A program made the position numbers and the translations under genes. 64,000 nucleotides of DNA from Alphaproteobacteria bacterium (lineage in GTDB: Bacteria > Pseudomonadota > Alphaproteobacteria > Rhizobiales > TMED25): NCBI GenBank assembly GCA_045565315.1, contig JBJLFO010000001.1, positions 749,856 through 813,855 of the forward strand, in the 5' to 3' direction. This document shows, piece by piece, positions 30,338-40,509 of the stretch; the stretch's first letter is position 1, and every line of letters starts with the position of its first letter. The notes beneath the pieces are model-generated. The model had not been told where the DNA came from. It searched no databases and saw only the letters and a program-made list of their open reading frames with translations.

Positions 30338-31418
30338 ATCTAATATCAGTTTGAGCTAAGATTTCTTCTTTTCTGTCAATGATCATCACATCTATACCAA
30401 TTTGGGTTTGTTTGAGCATATTTAAAATTTGGTCTTGCGCCATTTTTGCAATACTAAGTGATAAGTCGTATTTTATATCTCCTAGTATTTCAAGACATTG
30501 GTTAGCAGTTGTTATTCTTTTGATATCTTTAAATTTTTCCCCATCAATTTTTAATTCCTTTATATGCTCAATAAGCGATAACAAATCAACCTGACTTCTG
30601 CTTGAGTGAAGGTCCATTGAGCCTTGAGATAATTTTACAAGCTTGGCAAACCCCCCAGCTATGGTTATTCTAGGGACAGTATTTTTTTTTAAATACTTTA
30701 ACAATCCTCCAACAAAATCTCCCATATCAATCATAGCTTGATCTGGAAGTTCAAAATAATTTTGGGTTACCTTCTCTGATATCGAGCCTGTACATGCAGC
30801 AATATGAAGTAAGTTTGTTTTCTTTGCAACATCAACGCCCCGGTGGATAGAGTGTATCCAAGCGGCGCAAGAAAAAGGAATAACTATGCCGGTGGTTCCA
30901 AGAATTGATATTCCATTCTGTATTCCCAATCTTGTATTCCAAGTCTTCTTAGCAATTTCATATCCCTCGGGCACTTCAATAGTAATATTCACTTCAAGTT
31001 TTACACTATTTTGTATTGCGACTTCTTGAAGTGTATCTATGATCATTTTTCTTGGTCCAGGGTTTATTGCCGGCTCACCAACATCCAGTGGAAGACCGGG
31101 AAGGGTTACAGTGCCGACACCATTACCCGCAAAAAATTTTACTCCATTATTTTCATGACACGTTTCAACTTTTGAAATTATAAGTATTCCATTTGTTACA
31201 TCTGGGTCATCCCCAGCATCCTTGATTATTCCTGCACTGACTGATTGATGATTTACATCTTGATATGCTATAGTAAAAGTCGGACTTTGGCCATTTGGTA
31301 GCGTGATTGTAATTTTATCAGGGCATATACCTGTTAGAAGCCCTATATAAGCAGCTTTAGATGCTGCTGTTGCGCATGCACCGGTTGTCCAACCTCTGCG
31401 TAATTTTTTTTTTAACAT
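30330..31418 (-). CDS. cbiD: Cobalt-precorrin-5B (C1)-methyltransferase
   Basis: LRRGWTTGACATAASKAA N-terminal signature of CbiD. Confidence 0.9.
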   Translation of the reverse strand: MLKKKLRRGWTTGACATAASKAAYIGLLTGICPDKITITLPNGQSPTFTIAYQDVNHQSVSAGIIKDAGDDPDVTNGILIISKVETCHENNGVKFFAGNGVGTVTLPGLPLDVGEPAINPGPRKMIIDTLQEVAIQNSVKLEVNITIEVPEGYEIAKKTWNTRLGIQNGISILGTTGIVIPFSCAAWIHSIHRGVDVAKKTNLLHIAACTGSISEKVTQNYFELPDQAMIDMGDFVGGLLKYLKKNTVPRITIAGGFAKLVKLSQGSMDLHSSRSQVDLLSLIEHIKELKIDGEKFKDIKRITTANQCLEILGDIKYDLSLSIAKMAQDQILNMLKQTQIGIDVMIIDRKEEILAQTDIRYA

Positions 31419-31428
31419 ATGAACAATA

Positions 31429-31445
31429 ATAAATTTAAAATTTAT
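31429..31445. repeat. 17-bp A/T-only palindrome ataaattt-a-aaatttat centred in the 29-bp cbiD/cobA divergent gap
   Basis: Read directly from the sequence. Confidence 0.25.
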
Positions 31446-31447
31446 AA

Positions 31448-32242
31448 ATGCAAATATTCGATAAACTTAATTTACCTGAATTCAAAAAAGGAGAGGTGTG
31501 GCTCGTTGGAGCTGGCCCCGGAGACCCAAGGCTACTGACAATATTTGCCTTATATGCTCTATCAGAGGCTAATATTATTATATATGATGCGCTAGTCTCA
31601 GACGAAATATTATCCTTATCCTCTAGGAATGCAACACTTGTATATGCTGGGAAGAGAGGTGGAAAGCCATCCCACTCTCAAGAAAACATATCTGAACTAG
31701 TTATTAAATATTCTTTAGAAGGTAAAAAAGTTCTAAGATTAAAAGGGGGGGATCCTTATGTATTTGCAAGAGGCGCTGAGGAATCATTCAAATTAAATGA
31801 GAATAAAATATCATATAGAGTTATTCCTGGGATAACCTCTTCTATTGGAGGAATGGCTTCAGCATCAATTCCTGCAACTTCTAGAAATACTAATTCTTGT
31901 ATTTTATTCCTTACGGGTCATAACTCGAATGGAGAAGTGCCTGATGATATTGATTGGGCAGCTGTTTCAAAGATACCCGTCGTTGTGATGTATATGGCTC
32001 TGAAGCACCTTCCTGTCATAATTAAAAGGCTTATATTGGAGGGAAAAAAGAAGGATGAGCCAATAGCAATAATTCAAGATGCTACTCTGGTAAGTCAAAA
32101 AGTATTGGAGTCAAAACTAAGTGATGTCAATAAAGATATAGAAAAATATAATATAAAATCCCCTGCAATTATTATCTTAGGTCCAGTTGTTGATTTACGC
32201 TCAAAGTTAATTGAGAATGTGATAAAAGATGCCATCACTTAG
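31448..32242 (+). CDS. cobA: Uroporphyrinogen-III C-methyltransferase (SUMT only; no dehydrogenase/chelatase domain)
   Basis: VWLVGAGPGDPRLLT and RLKGGDPYVFARGAEE motifs. At 264 aa it has no CysG N-terminal domain. Confidence 0.9.
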   Translation: MQIFDKLNLPEFKKGEVWLVGAGPGDPRLLTIFALYALSEANIIIYDALVSDEILSLSSRNATLVYAGKRGGKPSHSQENISELVIKYSLEGKKVLRLKGGDPYVFARGAEESFKLNENKISYRVIPGITSSIGGMASASIPATSRNTNSCILFLTGHNSNGEVPDDIDWAAVSKIPVVVMYMALKHLPVIIKRLILEGKKKDEPIAIIQDATLVSQKVLESKLSDVNKDIEKYNIKSPAIIILGPVVDLRSKLIENVIKDAIT

Positions 32243-33539
32243 TTTGTGTATATCCGCTGCAATGACAGGAAGTGGTAAGACTATATTTACATCTGCACTA
32301 ATCAATACATTATTAAAAAAAGGTTATTCTATATCCGCTGGTAAAGTCGGCCCTGATTACATAGATCCTACATATTCAAGATCCCTGACTAAAAGGGATG
32401 TATTCAATTTTGATACGTGGGCTATGAATGAAAACACTCTGGATAATTTAATGGTAGAGTCTTCTAATGCTGCCGACTTCCAAATATTTGAGGGTGTAAT
32501 GGGATTATTTGATGGCACAAGTAACCAGCAGTCATCCACTGCAAGCTTTGTAAAGAAATATAAAATACCGGTATTATTAGTAATTGATGCCACATCACAA
32601 TCTCAAACTCTTGCAGCAATCTGTAAAGGGCTGATGAGTTACGACCCTGAGGTTGATTTTATAGGGGTTGTTCTTAATAAGGTTGCAAGCGAAAGGCATT
32701 TTTTGCTTATTGATGAAGAGCTAAAAAAAAATAATATAAATGTTATTGGATATTTACCTACAACTCCTGATTTGGTTTTTCCAAGGCGTCATTTAGGTTT
32801 ACATTTAGCACATCAAATAAATGAATATAAATCACTTATAGATAAAGCCTCAGCTGTAGTAATGAGTAATATTAAAATTGATCAAATTTTATCGTTAGCT
32901 AAACCACTAAAGGATATAAGGCCAAAAAAAGATTTGCCATCTCCTATCAATTTAGGACAAAAAATTTCAATTGCCAGAGATGAAGCTTTTTCATTTATAT
33001 ATGACCACACTCTCTATCAATGGCAAAAAGAAGGAAGAGAACTCAAATTCTTCTCACCACTAAATGATGAATCACCTGATAAAAGTTCTACCGGCATATA
33101 TTTACCAGGTGGATATCCAGAACTTCATTGTGAAACGATATCGAAAAATAAAAAATTTTTAGAATCAATGAATAAAGCTCGGATTGAAAATAAAATAATA
33201 TATGGTGAGTGTGGGGGATATATGGTACTTGGAGAGTCGATCTTCAATAATAAAAATAAAGAATATAAAATGCTAGGTTTTTTAGATCTAATAACAAGTT
33301 TTCATGAAAGGAAATTGAACCTTGGTTATAGAAAAGTCAGTGCAAATCATAAATGCAAATATTTTGATAGGAAATTATTTCTTACAGGTCATGAGTATCA
33401 CTATTCAACCATTATCAAAGAAAAAGGGGAACCTCTTTTTTTGGAAAAAGAAAAAACTTTAAGTACTAATGGATATGGTTTAATTAAGAAAAACGTTTTC
33501 GGCTCATTTTTGCACTTAATAGATCAAAAATTAAAATAG
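32229..33539 (+). CDS. cbiA: Cobyrinate a,c-diamide synthase
   Basis: N-terminal nucleotide-binding motif AAMTGSGKT and C-terminal glutamine amidotransferase Cys context YGECGGYMVLG. Confidence 0.9.
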   Translation: MPSLSLCISAAMTGSGKTIFTSALINTLLKKGYSISAGKVGPDYIDPTYSRSLTKRDVFNFDTWAMNENTLDNLMVESSNAADFQIFEGVMGLFDGTSNQQSSTASFVKKYKIPVLLVIDATSQSQTLAAICKGLMSYDPEVDFIGVVLNKVASERHFLLIDEELKKNNINVIGYLPTTPDLVFPRRHLGLHLAHQINEYKSLIDKASAVVMSNIKIDQILSLAKPLKDIRPKKDLPSPINLGQKISIARDEAFSFIYDHTLYQWQKEGRELKFFSPLNDESPDKSSTGIYLPGGYPELHCETISKNKKFLESMNKARIENKIIYGECGGYMVLGESIFNNKNKEYKMLGFLDLITSFHERKLNLGYRKVSANHKCKYFDRKLFLTGHEYHYSTIIKEKGEPLFLEKEKTLSTNGYGLIKKNVFGSFLHLIDQKLK

Positions 33540-33551
33540 GGGAGTTAATAA

Positions 33552-34085
33552 ATGATATATGAATACCAAGGTAAAAGACCGCAAATACATGAAAATTGTT
33601 GGGTAGCATCAAATGCAGTTCTCATTGGAGATGTTATTTTAGAAGAAGAAACAAGTATTTGGTGGAATGCAGTCTTAAGAGGGGATAATGAACCAATAAC
33701 TATCGGTAAAGGTTCTAATATACAAGATGGTTCAGTAGCTCATACAGATCCTGGCTATGGACTCACAATTGGACAAAATGTCACAGTTGGTCATATGGCA
33801 ATGATCCATGGTTGTACTATAGGAGATAACTCATTAGTTGGAATTGGGGCTATCATCCTAAATGGAGCAAAAATTGGTAAAGGGTGTTTGATTGGGGCAA
33901 ATTCATTTATTCCCGAAAAGAGAGAAATACCTGATAACTCAATAGTACTTGGGGCCCCAGGAAAAGTGATTGGTGATGTTCAGGATAAACATAAAGCTAT
34001 GATGAAAAGAGCTCAAGGTAGCTATGTTAAAAGATCATATTTATATAAATCAGAGCTTGTGGAAATTACTTCTGAAGTTTTATAG
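33552..34085 (+). CDS. Gamma-class carbonic anhydrase-like / hexapeptide-repeat (YrdA/PaaY/CaiE) family protein
   Basis: Left-handed beta-helix hexapeptide repeats. Three conserved His contexts: SVAHTD, VGHMAM, IHGCTIG. A GGGGAG Shine-Dalgarno lies in the 12-nt gap after cbiA. Confidence 0.85.
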   Translation: MIYEYQGKRPQIHENCWVASNAVLIGDVILEEETSIWWNAVLRGDNEPITIGKGSNIQDGSVAHTDPGYGLTIGQNVTVGHMAMIHGCTIGDNSLVGIGAIILNGAKIGKGCLIGANSFIPEKREIPDNSIVLGAPGKVIGDVQDKHKAMMKRAQGSYVKRSYLYKSELVEITSEVL

Positions 34086-34171
34086 TATTATTATGGATTG
34101 AACTTTATCTAATTTTATTATAATAATATTAAATAGATCTGTTGATATTATGAAATAAAAAGGAGATAGGC

Positions 34172-34390
34172 ATGAATAACAAATTAGTAATGGGAGCAAT
34201 TGTTGCTGTTGTTGTTGCAGTAGCGGCTTATTTTATTATGACCAACGCTGGAAAAGATAACACTGGGTCTTCCTCTACAGGTGGCGCTCTTATGAGAACA
34301 AACCAAACTGATGAACCTGTGGTTGTTGGAAGTAAAACTGTTGAAATCGAAATGCTTGATGAATTTGCAACATACGGGCAAGCTTTCTAA
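34172..34390 (+). CDS. Small (72 aa) single-pass membrane protein, unknown function
   Basis: AGGAG Shine-Dalgarno ending 6 nt upstream of the ATG. N-terminal helix GAIVAVVVAVAAYFIM followed by a Gly/Ser/Thr-rich linker. Two hairpins follow. No family recognised. Confidence 0.55.
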   Translation: MNNKLVMGAIVAVVVAVAAYFIMTNAGKDNTGSSSTGGALMRTNQTDEPVVVGSKTVEIEMLDEFATYGQAF

Positions 34391-34401
34391 GTGCTATATC
34401 G

Positions 34402-34421
34402 TTGCTATTTTTACATAGCAA
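34402..34421 (+). terminator. Hairpin ttgctat-ttttac-atagcaa immediately after the small ORF
   Basis: 7-bp perfect stem read from the sequence; no U-tract of its own. Confidence 0.3.
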
Positions 34422-34436
34422 GTCATCAAAATAAAG

Positions 34437-34458
34437 AAGGGCTAATTTAGCCCTTTTT
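34437..34458 (+). terminator. Candidate Rho-independent terminator aagggct-aattt-agccctt followed by ttt
   Basis: 7-bp stem that is G+C-rich for this genome, 5-nt loop, T-run after the stem. It ends the cob/gamma-CA/small-ORF unit before zapE. Confidence 0.55.
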
Positions 34459-34536
34459 CCTATAAATTGAACTATTTGCTTGTTTTACTCTAATTTCTAT
34501 AAGAAATCATAATTACCTCTTGAATATAGCCAAATA

Positions 34537-35655
34537 ATGAATATTGATATTGATAAGAATTTTGATCAATTACTTAAAGATAAACAAATAGAATATGATC
34601 AAAAGCAGTATGATTTAGTAAAAGTTCTCGTTCAGAAGAATAAAATATTTCATAAATTTACTTACAAAAGTTCAATTCTTGAAAAACTCAGAATAAGCAA
34701 ACGGACTCCACCAAAAGGCATGTATATATATGGTCAAGTTGGAAGAGGTAAATCAATGCTAATGGATTTATTCTTTGACAGCATTAATATTAAAGAAAAA
34801 AGAAGGGTTCACTTTAATGAGTTTATGAATGAAGTGCATGAGGAGATATTCAAATGGCGTGAAAAGAATAAATTACAACCATCTAAAGAGGAGGATAAAG
34901 ATCCAATTTTAATGGTTGCAAAGTTAGTTAAAAAACAATGCAAACTATTATGTTTTGATGAGTTTCAAGTTGAAGATATTGCAGATGCAATGATTTTAGG
35001 TAGGCTATTTAAAATACTTTTTGATATGAAAATATTAATTATAGCTACGTCTAATATACATCCTAGAGATCTATATTCTGAAGGGCTGAATCGCGATACG
35101 TTTCTTCCATTTATAGATATTCTAGAAGAAAATATGGAAATATATCATCTCGATGCTGAGAAAGATTATAGGATAGATAGATTGAGGGACCAAACAGTTT
35201 ATTTTTCGCCAAATAATAAAATCAATCGTATTAACTACAACGAAGCTTGGCAAAAGCTTAAGGGTAGTATAGAAGTTATAAATAAGATCCTAAAAGTAAA
35301 GGGTAGAGATTTAATTATTCCGAATTCTGCTGGAAAATATGTAAAATTTACCTATGATGAATTATGTATAAAGCCGTTAGGTGTAGCTGACTATTTAGAA
35401 ATATCAAAAAATTTTAATGTGATCTTTATTTCAGAGATACCAAAAATGAATGTAAAAAAAAGGAATGAAATAAAAAGGTTTATTAATTTAGTCGATACAT
35501 TATATGAAGCGAGAAGTATTTTATTCATTTTAGCAGATTCTCCAGCAAAAGATTTACTGGATGGAGGTAAGGATGCTAAAATCTTTCAAAGAACAGTATC
35601 TCGGTTGGAGGAAATGCAATCTGCAGATTATCTGAATAATATAATCAAGCAATAA
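34537..35655 (+). CDS. zapE: AFG1-like ATPase / cell division factor ZapE
   Basis: Walker A GQVGRGKSMLMD and Walker B LLCFDEFQV. The position upstream of mdh is common in Alphaproteobacteria. Confidence 0.85.
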   Translation: MNIDIDKNFDQLLKDKQIEYDQKQYDLVKVLVQKNKIFHKFTYKSSILEKLRISKRTPPKGMYIYGQVGRGKSMLMDLFFDSINIKEKRRVHFNEFMNEVHEEIFKWREKNKLQPSKEEDKDPILMVAKLVKKQCKLLCFDEFQVEDIADAMILGRLFKILFDMKILIIATSNIHPRDLYSEGLNRDTFLPFIDILEENMEIYHLDAEKDYRIDRLRDQTVYFSPNNKINRINYNEAWQKLKGSIEVINKILKVKGRDLIIPNSAGKYVKFTYDELCIKPLGVADYLEISKNFNVIFISEIPKMNVKKRNEIKRFINLVDTLYEARSILFILADSPAKDLLDGGKDAKIFQRTVSRLEEMQSADYLNNIIKQ

Positions 35656-35666
35656 TTTAGAAGTGA

Positions 35667-36644
<978 letters not shown>

Positions 36645-36671
36645 TTTATCACCGATACAAAGTTTTTAAAT

Positions 36672-37847
36672 ATGAATATACATGAATATCAAGCAAAGCA
36701 ACTTCTAAGCCAATACAATATTCCAGTATTAGATGGCTTTGTCGCCTTTAATCAAGAGGAACTTGGAAAAAATATTAGCAGTCTCAATGGACCAAAATGG
36801 GTTGTAAAAGCTCAAATACATGCTGGGGGTAGAGGCAAAGGTGGTGGTGTAAAAGTTGTAGATACAATTGAAGCTGTGAATGAAGTTTTCAATGATATGA
36901 TGGGAATGAAACTAATAACAAACCAAACTGGCCCAGAAGGTAAGGTTGTTAATAGAATATATATTGAGGATGGTTGTAACATTAGCAAAGAATTTTATTT
37001 GTCATATTTGGTTGATAGAAAAACAAATTCAATATGCATAATTGCCTCATCAGAAGGCGGAATGGATATTGAAGAAGTAGCAGAAAATAATCCAGAAAAA
37101 ATAGTAAAAATTTATTTGAGTAATGACGATAAAAAAATTAAGGAGTCGGATCTTAGTAAAATACAAAGTATTTTTGGTCTAGACACACATCATAACGGAA
37201 AATTGGGTGAGATATTAAATAATATTTATAAGTTATTTTGTGAAAAAGATGCAAGCTTATTAGAAATAAACCCTTTTGTTTTAACTCAAGACGAACATTT
37301 TGTATGTTTGGATGCAAAGATGAATTTTGACTCAAATGCTCTATTTAGACATGATGAGATAGTGGGGCTAAGAGATCTCGAGGAGGAGGACCCACTTGAA
37401 ATACAGGCATCAAATCATGGATTAAACTATATTAAATTAGATGGATCTATTGGCTGTATGGTAAACGGCGCAGGGTTAGCAATGGCAACAATGGATATTA
37501 TAAAATTATACGGAGAAAAGCCGGCTAACTTCTTAGATGTAGGAGGTGGGGCCACCAAAGAACAAGTGATGAGTGCATTTAAGATTATTTTAAGTGATGA
37601 AAATGTTAAGGGTATTCTAGTAAATATATTTGGTGGGATTATGCGTTGTGAAATTATTGCACAAGGAATTATTGAAACTGCTAATGAATTAAATTTAAAT
37701 ATTCCGCTAGTTGTCAGACTAGAGGGGACAAACGTTGAACTTGGCAAAAAATATTTAAATGAATCAGGGCTTAATATCATATCAGCAGATAATTTAGATG
37801 ACGCGGCAAAAAAAATTGTAAAAGCAGTGTCAGGAGCAAATAATTAA
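36672..37847 (+). CDS. sucC: Succinyl-CoA synthetase beta subunit
   Basis: [13 protein letters not shown]-terminus and ATP-grasp fold; followed by sucD. Confidence 0.97.
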   Translation: MNIHEYQAKQLLSQYNIPVLDGFVAFNQEELGKNISSLNGPKWVVKAQIHAGGRGKGGGVKVVDTIEAVNEVFNDMMGMKLITNQTGPEGKVVNRIYIEDGCNISKEFYLSYLVDRKTNSICIIASSEGGMDIEEVAENNPEKIVKIYLSNDDKKIKESDLSKIQSIFGLDTHHNGKLGEILNNIYKLFCEKDASLLEINPFVLTQDEHFVCLDAKMNFDSNALFRHDEIVGLRDLEEEDPLEIQASNHGLNYIKLDGSIGCMVNGAGLAMATMDIIKLYGEKPANFLDVGGGATKEQVMSAFKIILSDENVKGILVNIFGGIMRCEIIAQGIIETANELNLNIPLVVRLEGTNVELGKKYLNESGLNIISADNLDDAAKKIVKAVSGANN

Positions 37848-38713
37848 TGGCTATTTTGGTAGATTCTAATACAAAAGTTTTATGTCAAGGCTTTACAGGT
37901 AAGCATGGCACCTTTCATTCGCAACAGGCAATTGAGTACGGAACAAACATTGTGGGTGGTGTTACCCCAGGAAAAGGTGGAACAAGTCACTTGGGGCGTC
38001 CGGTATTTGATAATGTTGTAGATGCGGTTAAAAATACTGGTGCAAATGCAACCTCAATCTATGTTCCACCTCGTTTTGCGGCCGCCGCTATACTGGAAGC
38101 AATAGCTGCTGAAATTGAAATAATTGTATGCATAACAGAAGGTATTCCTGTATTGGATATGCTCCAAGTAAGGTCTGCTCTCAATAAGAGTAATTCAACC
38201 CTAATTGGGCCTAATTGTCCTGGTATAATTACACCAAGTCAGTGCAAGATTGGTATCATGCCCGGGCATATTCACAAGGCTGGATCAGTTGGGATTGTAT
38301 CTCGGTCGGGGACTTTGACATACGAAGCCGTAGCTCAGACAACAGCTGTAGGTTTTGGGCAATCAACCTGTGTAGGAATTGGTGGTGACCCAATAAAAGG
38401 TATAGATTTTATTGAGATTATTGAAAGTTTCCTCGCCGATCCTCAAACAGATTCGATTATAATGATTGGAGAAATTGGTGGTTCAGCTGAAGAAGATGCA
38501 GCAGATTTTATTAAAAAGAGTAAATCAAAAAAACCTATTGTTGGTTTCATAGCGGGGATTACAGCTCCACCTGGTAGGAGGATGGGGCACGCCGGTGCAA
38601 TTGTGGATGGGTCTTCCGGATCAGCTGAAGCAAAAATTGATGCAATGAATAGTGCTGGAATTATTGTATCAAAGTCTCCAGCTCTACTTGGTGATACTCT
38701 AAAAAATATATAA
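37847..38713 (+). CDS. sucD: Succinyl-CoA synthetase alpha subunit
   Basis: [12 protein letters not shown] motif and phosphohistidine loop RMGHAGAIV. Confidence 0.97.
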   Translation: MAILVDSNTKVLCQGFTGKHGTFHSQQAIEYGTNIVGGVTPGKGGTSHLGRPVFDNVVDAVKNTGANATSIYVPPRFAAAAILEAIAAEIEIIVCITEGIPVLDMLQVRSALNKSNSTLIGPNCPGIITPSQCKIGIMPGHIHKAGSVGIVSRSGTLTYEAVAQTTAVGFGQSTCVGIGGDPIKGIDFIEIIESFLADPQTDSIIMIGEIGGSAEEDAADFIKKSKSKKPIVGFIAGITAPPGRRMGHAGAIVDGSSGSAEAKIDAMNSAGIIVSKSPALLGDTLKNI

Positions 38714-38717
38714 AGGA

Positions 38718-39710
38718 CTACGAATTATCCGATACAAGCCTAAGATGATTTTCTTTATTTCTTGGGTGAGCTTTTTTATGAATATCTAGTAGCTCTGTTT
38801 GATTTACTTTTGTGTACATTTGAGTTGTTGAAAGGCTCGCATGACCGAGTAGCTCTTGAATTGATCTTAAGTCTACACCTGCCTGTAAAAGATGAGTTGC
38901 ATAAGAATGTCTTAGTGAATGTGGTGTTGCATTTTTAGGTAGACTCAGATTACTCCTCATTTTCTGCATTATGATTTGAACAATCCGAGGACTGAGTCTA
39001 TCTCCTTTAACACCAATAAAAAGTGGGTCTTTTAAATTATATTTCTTTGGGTATAAATCTAAATATTTTTTAATACCATCTTTTATATCAGGGAGTATTG
39101 GAATCTCTCGATATTTATTACCTTTTCCTCTGACTCTAATAGTATCCTGCCAGTCTTCCATTGGCGCATCATTTATATTCAGCTCCAAAGCTTCACTTAC
39201 CCTCAAACCACATCCATATAAGAGCAGAAAAATTGAAGTATTTCTTGCCTCAACCCATCCAGCTTTACTCTTTGGATTCTTATTATTATCATTCGATATC
39301 ACATCTTTTGCTTGTTCCAAAGAGAGTGGTTTCGGAATACTTTGTGGTAATTTTGGCATACGAATATGATTTAAGGCATTATTCTTCAAGATATCAATTT
39401 TATCTAAATATTCAAATAGTGATCTAATACTAGACATAACTCTTGCGATCGTTTTCGAGCAATTACCATCTCTTCTTTTTTTCGCCATAAAAGCACGAAA
39501 GTCAGCAGCAACTAAATTCTCAAGATTTTTAATTGAGAGTGGTCCACCAATATGATCAATCAAAAAATTTATAAAAGCATCAATATCTCGATAATAGGCA
39601 TCAATAGTATTTGGTGAGACTCTTTTTTCATTTTTGATAAATTCAATCCAAGAATTTAGAGCAAGATTCAATTCGTCTTTTACTAAATTTATTTCGTATA
39701 CTTTATTCAT
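38718..39710 (-). CDS. Tyrosine recombinase, XerC/XerD family
   Basis: N-terminal SAM-like domain (RVSPNTIDAYYRDIDAFINFL). Catalytic contexts GLRVSEAL, HSLRHSYATHLL, LGHASLSTTQMYTKV. Confidence 0.8.
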   Translation of the reverse strand: MNKVYEINLVKDELNLALNSWIEFIKNEKRVSPNTIDAYYRDIDAFINFLIDHIGGPLSIKNLENLVAADFRAFMAKKRRDGNCSKTIARVMSSIRSLFEYLDKIDILKNNALNHIRMPKLPQSIPKPLSLEQAKDVISNDNNKNPKSKAGWVEARNTSIFLLLYGCGLRVSEALELNINDAPMEDWQDTIRVRGKGNKYREIPILPDIKDGIKKYLDLYPKKYNLKDPLFIGVKGDRLSPRIVQIIMQKMRSNLSLPKNATPHSLRHSYATHLLQAGVDLRSIQELLGHASLSTTQMYTKVNQTELLDIHKKAHPRNKENHLRLVSDNS

Positions 39711-39717
39711 TCTGTTT

Positions 39718-40374
39718 CTAATTTATTTTTTGCCCAGTTTTTTGCCAGTCACTTAAAAAGTTTTCCAGACCTATGTCCGTTAAAGGGTGCTTTACTAGAT
39801 CTTTTAAAATTTTGGGAGGGACTGTCGCAACGTCTGCCCCCAGCATTGAAACTTGTATTACATGGTTTGTATTTCTAATTGATGCTGCTAATATTTTTGT
39901 ATCTAGATCTTGATAATTATCATAAATGACCCTGATCTGACTGATTAATTCTACTCCATCAATTCCGGAGTCATCAAGCCTTCCAATAAAAGGAGAAACA
40001 TAAGTTGCACCAGCTTTTGCGGCAAGTAATGCCTGTGCTGCAGAAAAGCATAAAGTTACATTTGTTGGAATTTTTTCATTTGATAATCTGTTACATGCCT
40101 CAAGGCCATTCCATGTTAATGGGAGTTTGACAATAACATTTGATGCTATACTGTATAATACTTTACCCTCTTCAATCATACCCTCAGTCTCTGTAGAGGT
40201 AACTTCTGCACTAACTGGTCCTTTTACAATTTTACAAATATTAGAAATTGTATCTTTAATATTCTTACCAGATTTAGCAATTAAAGATGGGTTTGTTGTA
40301 ACACCATCTATAAGATTTGAACTTAACAAGGCTTTTATCTCATCCAGTTCTGCTGTATCGACAAAAAATTTCAT
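39718..40374 (-). CDS. tal: Transaldolase, short Fsa/TalC type
   Basis: [21 protein letters not shown], and Schiff-base Lys context VIVKLP. I prefer ATG at 40374. Confidence 0.9.
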   Translation of the reverse strand: MKFFVDTAELDEIKALLSSNLIDGVTTNPSLIAKSGKNIKDTISNICKIVKGPVSAEVTSTETEGMIEEGKVLYSIASNVIVKLPLTWNGLEACNRLSNEKIPTNVTLCFSAAQALLAAKAGATYVSPFIGRLDDSGIDGVELISQIRVIYDNYQDLDTKILAASIRNTNHVIQVSMLGADVATVPPKILKDLVKHPLTDIGLENFLSDWQKTGQKIN

Positions 40375-40509
40375 ATTTTCTCCAATCACATTAAATATAG
40401 GAAGAAGCCATATATATAAATGACAAATAAATAAAGTTTACCTAGAATATAGATAATAATTGGTAATTATTATTACTTAGTTAAATAATCACGAAATACC
40501 TAATTTTAT

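Noticed and set aside
34172-34390. Small single-TM protein as a CbtB-like cobalt transporter component
   Set aside because: The architecture (small, one helix, next to cob genes) is reminiscent of CbtB. However, the protein contains no His or Cys at all, and no CbtA-like partner is adjacent.
38718-39710. Tyrosine recombinase as the integrase of a mobile element or genomic island
   Set aside because: The sequence has housekeeping XerC/XerD hallmarks. There is no adjacent tRNA, no direct repeats, and no phage or transposon genes. The neighbours are core metabolism genes.
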